Assembly: GCA_964552565.1 (NCBI GenBank)
Contig: CAZKGL010000001.1
Coordinates: 119,649 to 183,648 of the forward strand
DNA from: an uncultured Gammaproteobacteria bacterium
GTDB lineage: Bacteria; Patescibacteriota; Patescibacteriia; UBA9934
Direction of reading: 5' to 3'
Length of the DNA stretch: 64,000 bases
Shown here: positions 17,964-29,900 of the stretch, one piece after another
How positions within the stretch are numbered: the stretch's first letter is position 1
How the letters are laid out: every line of letters starts with the position of its first letter
Notes under the pieces: model-generated
The model's database searches: none
What the model saw: the letters and a program-made list of their open reading frames with translations, nothing else
Told to the model about the DNA's origin: nothing
Program-made: the position numbers and the translations under genes

Positions 17964-19076
17964 ATGGGCACACTACGAAAAGCAATTCTCGCGGACCTCG
18001 TCCATTACGCGCTGCCGAAAAAGGAGGCGGAGGACCGCATGCGCGAGCTTGAGGAACTGACGCGCACCTACGGCGGCGTGGCGGTCGTGAAGACGATCCA
18101 GCGTCGCGCAAAGCCGGATTACCGCACCTTCATCGGGAAAGGGAAGGTCGACGAGGTGGCGGCGCAGGGCAAAGCGCTCGGCGCGGATCTTTTGCTTGTC
18201 AACGAAATCCTCAAGCCGCAGCAGCTGTACAACCTTGAAGAGCTCTTGCGCCCGGCGAAAATCCAGGTGTGGGACCGCATCGATCTCATTTTGCACATCT
18301 TCGACAAGCACGCGAAGACCGCGGAAGCGAAGCTCGAGATCGAGCTCGCGAGCATCCGCCACATGGGCCCGCGCATTTTCAACATGAGCGCCGAGCTCGG
18401 CCGCCAGCGCGGCGGTACCGGCACCCGCGGCGGTACCGGTGAAACGAACACCGAGGCGATGAAACGCCACTTGCGTGAACGCGAGCAGCACATCCTGCAG
18501 AAGCTCGAGAGATACCAGGGCACGCGCAACCTCCACCAGGAGCACCGCCGCCGACACCACAAGAAAACGGTCGCGCTCGTGGGCTACACAAACGCGGGGA
18601 AGACCTCGCTCCTCAACACCCTCGGCAAGCGTCGCGAGTTTGCGGCCAACAAGCTGTTTGCCACGCTCGATACTCGCGTGGCTGACGTGTATATCCCCGA
18701 GCTCGGCGAGACCGTGCTGCTTTCGGACACCATCGGGTTCATCCAGGGCCTGCCGCCGTCCCTCATCCGCGCATTCCGCTCCACGTTGTCCGAGGCCGCC
18801 ACCGCAGACCTGTTGCTGCATGTCATCGACGTGTCCGACCCGAAGTTTGGCGAGAAGATCGCGGTCGTCGAGGGCGTGCTCGACGCGATGGGCATCGCCG
18901 ACCATCCGCGCATGTACGTCTTCAATAAGATTGACGCCGTCCGAGACCCCGAACGCCTGCGCCGCGAACTCGGTGACTGCGGGGTCATCGTCTCCGCGGA
19001 GCGCGCCGTCGGCGTCGCGGAACTCAAGTCGGCGATTGCTCGCACGTTCTCCACAACCGCCCGCGTGTCGCCGTAG
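17964..19076 (+). CDS. hflX: GTPase HflX
   Basis: IGKGKVDE, DRIDLILHIF..HA, GYTNAGKTS, LFATLD, DTIGFI, NKID. Confidence 0.96.
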   Translation: MGTLRKAILADLVHYALPKKEAEDRMRELEELTRTYGGVAVVKTIQRRAKPDYRTFIGKGKVDEVAAQGKALGADLLLVNEILKPQQLYNLEELLRPAKIQVWDRIDLILHIFDKHAKTAEAKLEIELASIRHMGPRIFNMSAELGRQRGGTGTRGGTGETNTEAMKRHLREREQHILQKLERYQGTRNLHQEHRRRHHKKTVALVGYTNAGKTSLLNTLGKRREFAANKLFATLDTRVADVYIPELGETVLLSDTIGFIQGLPPSLIRAFRSTLSEAATADLLLHVIDVSDPKFGEKIAVVEGVLDAMGIADHPRMYVFNKIDAVRDPERLRRELGDCGVIVSAERAVGVAELKSAIARTFSTTARVSP

Positions 19077-19135
19077 ACGAAGTGCGGTACAATAGGTGCA
19101 CTGAATTCCCCGTGCTTGTCCTTGTGGAGAATGTT

Positions 19136-20944
19136 GTGCGTCTCAGAAAATGTTCGTATCCCTTCATCCTCGCCGCGCTCGCGGCCGGCGTGGTGCTGTT
19201 TGCGCCCGACGCGTTCGCGCAGACGGATTCCGTCGAAGAGGTCGGCACCGCCGCGGGGTTCGGCACCGCCGGGCTCATGGAGATCGTCGGTACCATCATC
19301 TCCGTGGTGCTCGGCATCCTTGGCGTGGTCTTCCTGCTCCTCATCATCGCGTCCGGCTTCCTCTGGATGACGGCGGGCGGGAGCGAGGACAAGGTGAAGC
19401 GCGCGAAACGCATCCTCATCAACGCGACGATTGGCCTCGTCATCGTCCTCATGTCGTACGGCATCGCGTCGTTCATCTTGAACGCCATCGGGGACGCGAC
19501 CGGATTCGATGCGGACGGCGACGGAAGCTCGGTCTCGACCGAGCCGCGTTCGGGTTCGCTCGGCAGCGGCAGCATCCGCGACCACTATCCGGAGCGCAAC
19601 GCGACCGACATCGCCCGCAACACCCGCATCATCGTTACGTTCTCGGACGCGATGGACATCGAGTCGTTTATTACCGGCTACGACACGAACGACACGCCGG
19701 ACGACACGAGCGACGACACGACCGCGACCGCCATCAACAGCGACATGGTGCAGATTTACCAGTCCGGCGACGAGTCGACGACGCTCACCGACGTCAGCGT
19801 TGCGTTTACCGACGATTTGAAAACCTTCGTGTTCGACCCTGCGGAGTACCTCGGCAGCGCGACCGAGGACGTGTCGTACACGGTTTCCCTCAGCACGAGT
19901 ATCGAGACCGCGGACGGCGAGGACGCATTCACCGGCGTGTACAGTGGCGGGTATGAATGGTCGTTCGAAGTCGGCACGACCATCGACCTCGACCCGCCGA
20001 GCATCCAGAGCGTCATCCCGGTCGAGGGCCAGAGTTACGACCGCAACATCACGGTCGAGATTACGTTCGACGAAGCGATCGACCCGACGTCGGCGTCGGG
20101 GACCCGCGAGGCGGACAGCGGCTTCCAAAATATTCAGACGGTGGGCACGTCGGGCGCGCCGGAGGCGGGAACCTACGAGATCAGCAACGGCTACCGCACC
20201 GTAACCTTTACGTCTACCGACGCCTGCGGGACGAATTCGTGCGGCGAGACCATCTACTGCTTGCCCGCGAACGACAGCATCACGGTGACCGCGTACGCCG
20301 CCACCGCGGAGAGCGACCCGCCGCAAGCGGACAGCTTCCCCTACGACGGTATCGTCGACACTGCCGCGAACAGCATGGACGGCGACGGCGACGGGACCGC
20401 GGGCGACGACTACGAATGGAGTTTTACGACGACCGGCGACATCAACCTCGAGGGCGCGACTATCGAGTCGATCGCCCCGGACATCCTCGCCGAAGGACAG
20501 GCGCTCGACCAGGACGTGGTGATCACCTTCGACGACATCATGCGCACCTCGACCCTGACGAGCGACAATATTACGCTCGAAAACTACGAATCCTCGACCG
20601 GTTCGACGCACGAGATGTACTACCTGCCGCGTGCGACGAGCCTGGACAGTTCCGGCGCGGAAGTGACGTCGGATACGCAGACGCCGGTGCAGACGCAGGT
20701 GACGGTCGGCCACGGCATCTTCCTCGAGTCGGTCGACGGGCTGACGTACCTCTACGGCGTCATGGTCGGCGAAGGCGTGGAGAACCAGTACCAAAACTGT
20801 TATAGCCCGGCCGAAGGTCCGGACGCGACCGGCGGCGCGTGCGGCGTCGACGACAACTCGCCGTCATGCTGTAACGGTTCCGCCTCGTCCGAGACGTGCG
20901 ATTTCTTCCCGGACGCGACCACCACGACCTCGACCTCCTCATAA
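19136..20944 (+). CDS. TrbC/VirB2-like pilin fused to Ig-like (Big_5) domains
   Basis: Signal peptide; pilin motif GFLWMTAGG..KVKRAK.ILINATIGLVIVLMSY; Ig repeats (YP..NATDIARNTRIIVTFS, YEWSF.T); GTG start with GGAG. Confidence 0.8.
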   Translation: MRLRKCSYPFILAALAAGVVLFAPDAFAQTDSVEEVGTAAGFGTAGLMEIVGTIISVVLGILGVVFLLLIIASGFLWMTAGGSEDKVKRAKRILINATIGLVIVLMSYGIASFILNAIGDATGFDADGDGSSVSTEPRSGSLGSGSIRDHYPERNATDIARNTRIIVTFSDAMDIESFITGYDTNDTPDDTSDDTTATAINSDMVQIYQSGDESTTLTDVSVAFTDDLKTFVFDPAEYLGSATEDVSYTVSLSTSIETADGEDAFTGVYSGGYEWSFEVGTTIDLDPPSIQSVIPVEGQSYDRNITVEITFDEAIDPTSASGTREADSGFQNIQTVGTSGAPEAGTYEISNGYRTVTFTSTDACGTNSCGETIYCLPANDSITVTAYAATAESDPPQADSFPYDGIVDTAANSMDGDGDGTAGDDYEWSFTTTGDINLEGATIESIAPDILAEGQALDQDVVITFDDIMRTSTLTSDNITLENYESSTGSTHEMYYLPRATSLDSSGAEVTSDTQTPVQTQVTVGHGIFLESVDGLTYLYGVMVGEGVENQYQNCYSPAEGPDATGGACGVDDNSPSCCNGSASSETCDFFPDATTTTSTSS

Positions 20945-20953
20945 CGTACGGCC

Positions 20954-23900
20954 ATGTCACGCTTCCGACTTCGCCATGTCCTGCCATTCCTCGCCGGTCT
21001 TTCCTTGATCGGCGTGTTGGCGTTTACGCCGGACCTTCTTGCGCAGAGCGAAAGCCTGACGGAGGTCGGCGATGCATCGGGTCTCGGCAGCGAGGACCCG
21101 CGTATCATCATCGCCAACATTATCCGGACGTTCCTGACGGTCCTCGGCGTTCTTGCGGTGCTCATCGTCCTCTACGGCGGCTGGGTGTGGATGACGGCGG
21201 GCGGGAATGCGGAGAAGGTCGAGAAGGCGAAGAAGATCCTCATCCGCGGCGGTATCGGCATCGCGATTATCCTCATGTCGTGGGCCATTACGACGTTTGT
21301 CATTACGGCGCTTCTTGATTCGACCGGCGGGAGCGGCGGGAGCGGCGACGACAGCGATGGTTCGGGCGGCGGCGTCCTCGGCGGCGGCAGTACGACGAGT
21401 TTCAGCGTGACCGACTACTCGCCGGAAGGCGCGGTGTCCATCCGCAACGTCCAGCTGCGCGTGACGTTCTCAAAGACGCTCGACGACGAGACGGTCGAGG
21501 GCAACATTGTCGTGACGAACGCGTCGAGCGGGGAGGCAGTGGACGGCGCCATTACCGTCAGTGGGAACAAGGCGACGTTCGTCCCGAGCGCGGCCTGCCC
21601 GTCGCCCAACGAAGACCGTTCCTGTTTTGACGCGGACACGGAATTTACCGTGACGGTTTCGGAAGCCATCGAGAGCTCCTCCGGCACTGCGCTCACCTGC
21701 GGCGCGGACGACTGTACGTCGAGCTTCACGACCGGCAGCCTCGTCGATACCGAAGACCCGGTCGCGGAAATCACGGATCCGGAGCGCGGCGACGGGGTCG
21801 AGGCGGGCAGCGTGGAGACCATCCAGGTCCATGCGACCGATGACACGGAAGTCTCCGGAGCAGATTTTTCGCTCGATGAGGAGGAATTCGATTCGGTCGG
21901 CGCGGAAGGTGACGACTTGAGCGACGTGACGATTGAATCGACGTGGGACACGACCGAACTCACGGTGGGGCAGGACTACGAAATCTCCGTGACGGTCACG
22001 GACATCGCGGGGAACACGGATGGCGTTTCCGTCGACGTCACTGCGCGGGGCGCGTGGTGCTTTAACGACGAGATCGACGAGGAATACGGAGAAACGGGAT
22101 TGAACTGCGGCGGCGACTCGTCGAGCGCGGAGTATTGCGGCGCATGCGACGGTTCGAGCTGTACCGAGGATTCAGAATGTTCCAGCGGCAGCTGTGTCGA
22201 CGGCGTCTGTACCACCTTGCCGGAGATCGAGAGCGTCTCGCCGGGCAGCGGCGCGGTCGGGACGTACGTCACGGTCAGCGGCTCCGGCTTCGGCACGAGC
22301 ACGGGGACGGTGGCGTTCACATCGGAGGACGGGACCACCACGGTCGAAGCCGACATCCCGTCGTGCAGCGACGGCTGGTCGGACACCGAGATCGTCGTCG
22401 AGGTGCCGGAGGGCGCGGGCGACGGCCCGATTACCGTGACGACGGACGATGACCTTTCCGACGCGACGGACGATGACGCGGGCGCGCTCATCGACGATTT
22501 TGACGTGAACGATACCGAGCGGCCGAAGCTATGCTCGCTCTTCCCGGACGAAGGCGAGTCGACCGACGGGACGACGCTCTCCGGTTTGGACTTTGGCGAC
22601 GAGCAGGGGAGCTCGACCGTGTCGTTCGGGACGTCCGCCGCCGGCTCGTATACGAGCTGGGAAGACACGTCGGCCAGCGTCACCGTCCCGGCCTTGGAGG
22701 ACGGTGAGTATGACGTGGTCGTGACCGTCGATGGCGTCGAGTCGAACGCGGTGACGTACACCGTGGAAGAGGACACGACCGGCGACCCGGTGATTACCGG
22801 CATCGACCCGTCCGAGGGCGCGGTCGGCGACTACATCACAATCAGCGGTGAAAACTTCGGCATCCTCGTCGGTACCGTCCGTCTTGTCGACGATGCGGGC
22901 AACGAGGCGGTCGCTGAAGTCGATTTCCCTGAGGAATGCGCGGAGGACTATTGGGAGCCGACCGAGATCACCGTCATCGTCCCGGAGGAGTATCAGAGCG
23001 GCGACGGGCTCAGTGCCGGCGCGTTTGACGTGTACGTGGTGACGCAGGAGGGCGCCGAATCGGACACGACGAGTTTTACCGTCGAGGACGGCGACCCGTC
23101 GCCGGGTATTTGTGCGATTGATCCTGACGTCGGCCTCGCGGGGACGTCGGTAACGATCTATGGCGAGCGCCTCGGGTCTGACGAGGGTTCGGTCGCGTTT
23201 TACGACGAGGACGGCGACGTGGCCGCGACGGTCGACGAAGACGGTTGGTCGAGCGATGCAATCTCGCTGACGGTCCCAAGCGGGGCCGAGACCGGCCCGG
23301 TGACGGTGACGTCGTCTGCGGGCGATGAGAGCAACAGCATTGATTTTGAAGTCTCCGATGCCGGCGCTGCGGAAACCGAGACGGAGCCGGCATCGTACGG
23401 ATGGTACTTCTCGACCGGCGAAATCCCGGAGACCCCGGAGCTGCTTGTGGAGTGTTCGGACGACCGCATCAGCGGCGTGCCGAACAACCGGTTCACGTCT
23501 GACGGCGTCTGCGTGGAGGCAATGGTGTACGGCGAATTCTCCACGGTCATGAACGAAGGGTCGATCACGGACGCGCTGACGGTGGAAATGTGTACTGCCG
23601 CCGGCGAACAGCCGTGCGACACGACGACCGACGTCACCGGCGACGGCACGCTTGAGGTATCCTCGTCGACGACGAGCACGACGTTCAGCTGGTCACCGTC
23701 GTCGACCTTTACCGCAGACACGACGTATCGAGTAACCGTCTCGACCGCCGCGATGTCGGACGAGGCGCAGGCGCTCGACGACGACGTATCGTGGGAGTTC
23801 ACGACCGCATCGTCCTCGGAGACGTGCGAGGTCGACACCGTCCATGTCGTTCCGAGCGCGGCGACGATTACCGAACAATACGCGACCGAGCAGTTTACCG

Positions 23901-26900
23901 CGGTGCCCGCCGACGGCTGTGTCGTCGTCGACGGCGACGACTATACGTGGGACTGGTACGTCTACAGCGGCGTCGCAAACCTGACCAGCGACGACGAGTG
24001 CGCGGGCGGCACGACCGACTGCACGCTTGTTGAGGCGCTTGCGGAGGGCGAAGCGGATGTCATCGCGGAAGAAACCGCAAGCACGACGAGCGGCCAGGCA
24101 GACCTGACCGTGGCGTTTACCGATCCGTACGTCTCGGATTACTGGCCGGATTGCGACCAGGCGTGCAGCAACGGCGAGATCGGGGCGAGTTTCAATACTG
24201 CGGTCACGAGCACTTCGCTCGAAACCGACGGCCGCGTCGAACTGTACGAATGCGACAACGAGCTCTGCGCGGTCGGTCCGGCGGACGAGTACGGGTCGTA
24301 TGACGTGGTCGCGACCGATTGCGACGACGATGACCCGTCGTTGTGCGCGGGGGTGGCGATTTCACCCGATGCGGAGCTGACCCCGGGGACGTATTACCGC
24401 GCCGTCATCAGCCGTCGCGTGGAAACCCCGAGCGGCGTTTCGTTGACGCGCACAAACTACGATACCGGCTTCTCGTGGGTGTTCCGGGTGATGGAGGGCG
24501 ACGCGACGTGCGCCGTCGAACGCATTGAAGTGACGCCGGTCGACGCGGTTGCGGACGCCATCGGCGACCGCCAGACCTTCACGGTCGACGCGTACGGCAC
24601 GCCGGACGCGTGTTCCGTCGCGGGCCAGCTCTTGTCCGCATCGGACTACGACTGGTCGTACGGCGCATGGTCCGACGACGGGAGCGACGCGGCAGTCGAT
24701 GTCGCGGATTGGTGGGATGTCGGGTCTTCGAGCGGTTTTGTCGACACAAGCATCGAAGACGTCCCGGAGGGCTGCACGGCCTCGTGTATCCCGTCCGGCA
24801 GCACGGCGCTCGACGCCGTGTGCGGCGATGGAACCGTGGACAGCGACGCGGGAGAAGAGTGCGAAGACGGGAACACCGCGGACGACGACGGGTGTTCGTC
24901 GAGCTGTCTGTATGAAGGGTCGGAGACGACCTGCGGCGACGATGTCGTCGATACGTACGAGGAGTGCGACGACGGCGGAATCGCGGACGGCGACGGATGC
25001 TCCTCCGTCTGTCTGAACGAGGGGTCCCGCGCGATCGGCACGACGTGCGGCAATGATGACGTCGCATACGAAGCGGACCAGGGCGGCGAGGATTGCGACG
25101 ATGGCAACGTCGTGAACGGCGACGGATGCTCCTCCGTCTGTCTGAACGAGGGGTCGCTGACCCTCACCGATGTTGGCGGCGCCGTGTGCGGCGACCTCGA
25201 TATTACCGAGCCGTACGAAACCTGCGATGACGGCGGCACGACGGACGGCGACGGCTGCTCGTCCAACTGCACCCGCGAAGGCGCGGACGGCAGCTACGGG
25301 ACCTGCGGCAACGACAGCACGGAGCAGGGGACGTACGGCGAAGGCGAGGATTGCGACGGCGAAGAATGGTGCACGGATTCCTGCACGTACGGCGGATCGT
25401 CCGTCACGTACTCCGAGCCCTCGTTCTGCGGCGACGGCACGGCCGGCCTCGGCGAAGTGACCGCCTGCGAATCGTCGGGCGGCGACGACAACACCGACTC
25501 GCTCCAGCTTGCGTACATTACCGACGACGCTGCACAGGAGGTCGATACGGACACGAACGTCGCGATTGCAACCGTCACGGTGACTGAGCCCGAGTCCGGC
25601 CTTTCGACGGACGTGACGTACACGCTGGCGTGTTCCGCCGCGACCGACACGGACTGCTCGGATCCGGAAACGTATGGCGTCGGCCTCGGGAACTGCTGCA
25701 TTGCGCGCCCGACCGCGACCCTGTACCCGAACGGCACGGATGCCTGCCGCAACGCGGCGATCTACGGCATCTTCACCCAGGAGATGGACCTCGGCTCGTT
25801 CAGCGTCACCGACACGGACGGCGACACGACGCCGCGGATGTACCTCGTGCTCGACACCTCGACGACCGACGACGGCGCGTGTCCGTACGACGACGAGCTC
25901 GCATGGCTCGGCGAGGACTCTTGGATTGCGGAGACATGGCTGCGCATCCGCCGCATCGTGACCGGCCACGCCGCGGAAGCGGCGCCGGGCGAGGACGAGT
26001 GCGTCCTGCCGGTGTCGAGTTACGCCCAGGAAGCGCAGGACGACGGGACGTTCAAGGTGCGGATGCGCTACGGCGAGGCGCTCGAGGCGGACGTGACCTA
26101 CACGCTGCGCATTGAGGTCGACAGCGACAACACGGACACGAGCAAGGACGGCGTGCTGTCCGCGGACAATGTCGCCATGTACGACGCCGACGGCGTGATT
26201 GAAGAAACATTCTCGACCGGCAGCGAAATCTGCACGCTCGACAGCGTTGTTGTGGAAGATACGGACGACGAGAGCCCGTATTACTTCTCGCAGTACGGCG
26301 AGGAGCATACCTTTACGGCAACCGCGTACTCGTACAACGGCTCGACCCGCCAAGAGCTCGAATCCATCGACGATGTCTACTCGTGGACGTGGTCGAGCTG
26401 GGAGGAGGAGGCGAGCGAGTCGGTCGTGGATGTCGCGCAGAGCACGACCACGGGCACTGAGGACGAAGCGGCGGTCGAGGCGACCGGCGAAAACGGCGAG
26501 GCGGTCATCGTCGCGACCGCTACCATTGAGGACGACGTGGTCGGCGACAGCGAGGGCGAGGAGGTGACCGGCTCGGAGGATGTCGTGGTCTACCTTTGCC
26601 AGAATACGTGGCCGGACATTACGGCGACCGAATTCCCTTGGAGCGACGACGAGGACGGTATTGATAACGGCGCGGAAGAGGGGAACGGCTGGATGAACTT
26701 CTCGACGTACTTCTGCCGCGACAGCGGGGAAGCGGACGACACAAGCGACGACCTGCCAGGCGTCAACGTCGTGTATGCAACGGATTACTCGAGCGCCGAC
26801 GACATCCTGAAGGAGTATCTCTTCGAGGTCGACGACGGCAGCGGGGACGCGATCGGCTTCCGTATCGTGTCGAATTCCGAGTACTTGGGCCCGGAACAGT

Positions 26901-29900
26901 GGTTTGAGGCCCAGGGCTTCTCGGGTTCGCCGCAGACGACCACCATCGACGGCTTCCAGGCGGTCACCGATGGCCGCACGACGTACGTCGCGGCGCCGAA
27001 CCAGTCGGACACCTCGCTGTACTCGAATATCTACGTCATTTCGTACAACGAAGGGGCGAGCGAGGAAACGACCGACCTGTACGACCAGATCCTCGAAAAC
27101 ATCTCGTTCGCCATCAACGTCGACAACGACTGCGACGCGGAGGACGGCGAAACCTGTACGGACGCATGGAGCACGCTCCAGCGCGACACGAAGCGCCTTG
27201 CGGACCTCACGACGGTCGCCGCGCTCGTTGAGACCTATGTCGACGAGAACGGCGTCGTGCCGCCGCTGTCGTCCGGTACGTACGTCCGGAGCATGGGGTC
27301 AAGCGTCTGGGATTCGTGGGGCGACCTGCTCGGCGCGGCGCTCGGCGACTCCGATCTGCCGACCGACCCGCGCAACACCTATGACGGCTGCGGCGCGGAT
27401 CCGTTCGCGTCCTACGACGAGGATACGTGCGTGAACGAAACCGCCGGCCAGTACCTCTGTCCGGAAGGGTCGTACGCCTACCATTACCGCGCGGTCGGCA
27501 CCGACGGGGTCACGCTGTATGCGGACCTCGAGTATGACGATGCGGCATGGGTGAACCCGATCGACGCCGATACGTCGGACGACATCGACTACGAGGTGTA
27601 CAGCGCCATGAGTTCCGGCGACGGCTTTACGTCGACCGCGTTCTGCGACGGCTCCTCGAGCGGCGGCACCGTGTACGGCTCGACCGGTTCGTGCGGCGAC
27701 GGCGTCGTGAACACGAGCATCGACAGCGACGGCGACGGCACGGCGGACACGGTGGAGACGTGCGAGATCGGCGAGTCGGGCGGTACTGCCGAATGGTGCG
27801 ACAGCGACCTTGCGAGCGACGGCGACGGGGACGGCGATCCGCTCAACGATTGGGACGGCTCGGTGAGCCAGACCTGCAACAGCGCCTGTACCGGCTGGAC
27901 CGACGACAGCGACGCCGAGTGCGTCCTGTGGTCATGCGGCGACGGCGTCGTGGACACCACCGACGGCGAGGAATGCGACGACGGCGCGCTGAACGGGCAG
28001 TACGGCTATTGCAGCAACACCTGCTCGTACGACGACGCGTTCTATTGCGGCGACGGGTCGCTTGCGGGCAGCGAAACCTGCGACTGCGGAGCGCCGGGCG
28101 AGAGCACGATCGTCGACCCGACGCAGTCGCGCCCCTACGGCGGCACGAGCTATAGCTGCGTGACGACCGAAGGTAACGGCACCTACGACGAAAATCCGTA
28201 CAACACCTGCGCATGGGATTGCCAGGGCCCGGCGTCGTACTGCGGCGACGGCGTCGTCGACAGCGGCGAAGAGTGCGACGGCGACACCGAGCACTGGGAA
28301 GGCAAGCTCTGCAATCTGTACTCCACTGCGGATACGTTCGGCCAGGCGTGCGAGACGGACGCGGATTGCGAGCGGTACTCGGATGCATCGCTGCCGAACG
28401 CCTTGTGCGGCGACGCGAGCAACGACGACTTCGAGGCGTGTCCGGAAACGACGGTCTGCGTCGCGGGCACCACAAGCCTCATCGGCACGGAGTGTACGGC
28501 CGACAGCGACTGCGGGACCGACGGCGCCTGCTCGGACATCGCCTACCAGACCTACCGCACCCGGACGTGCGAGGACGACGGTGCGAGTGGGGAAACGTGC
28601 GACTGGGACGTCCCGTCCCTCGGCCTCTACGGCATCTCGTGCACGGCACTCGGGAGCTGCGGCGACGGCACGGTGGACGACAATGAGGAGTGCGACGACG
28701 GCAATGACGATTCGACCGACTCGTGCACGAACGAGTGCACGGACAATGTCTGTGGCGACGGGTACCTCTACGTCGGCGAAGAGCAGTGCGACGAAGGGAC
28801 GGAAAATGGACAGGGCTGCAGTTCGAGCTACGAATCGACCTGCACATCCTGTTCGGAGACGTGCCGGTACGAAACGTCGTCCGGCGACTTCTGCGGCGAT
28901 GGCGAGATCAACGGCGACGAGTACTGCGACGCCTACGCCATGCCGTACCAGTATGCGATCAGCGTGACGTACGATGAGGCCGAATCTGAAGACGACTTCA
29001 ATCCGTTCGCCGGCGAGACGGTCGTGTGGACGTATGGCGACTCCTGTGACACGCTCGGTGAGACCGTTATCGATTATGCGGACGAGTCGGACGAGTCGGA
29101 TGTCACCTACACCTGTTCCATGATTGGGTACTGTAACGGCGGCGACAGCAGCTACGGCGGCAACGGCGACGAGTGCTTGACCGACTCGGACTGCGATGAA
29201 GGCGACTGCGTCATGACCGTCTGCGCGGATGATTGCGACAACACGTGCCCGGAGACATACGAGTCCACCGCGCTCCTCCTCACCGCGGAGCAGCCGGGCG
29301 CGACCGCAGAGACTGCGGTCGACCTGTACACGTACTCCGACAGCGGGGAAGCGGAGGTGCCGAACTCGGCGACGATCACGTTCCCTGCCTGTACCATCGC
29401 GTCTTCGCTCGTTGCGGACATCTCGATGGACAACGTGGAACTGACCGAGTACTACATCGTCTTCGTGACCGACACGTCGGGATCTATGGATGACAGCTTC
29501 GATGGTTCCCAGACGTCCGGCGTCCCCGTCGACGAGCAGCGTATTACCGCCGCGGTCGACGTGCTCCGTGAGGCGATCCAGAGCCTGTACGATGCAAGCG
29601 AAAACATGCATATCGCGCTCGTGCAGTATGACGACACTGCGTACGAGGAAACGTCCGGCGACGGCGGGCCGACGGCATTCACGGACGCCGACCAGGAATC
29701 CAACCTTCTGTCCACCATCAACAGTTACTACGTTGCGGGCGGCACGACAGAGACCGACGACGGCCTTGCCATGGCGAAGGCGCTCCTCGACAGCGAGGCG
29801 TCGGACCGCACCTCGAACGTCCGGAAAATCATCGTCCTCCTCTCGGATGGGGAAGAAAATAGCACGTCCGATGCGGGAAGCGTGGCGGACGAGATCAAGG

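Noticed and set aside
24986-25155. ~40-bp direct repeats in the giant gene
   Set aside because: Explained by tandem Cys-rich protein repeats.
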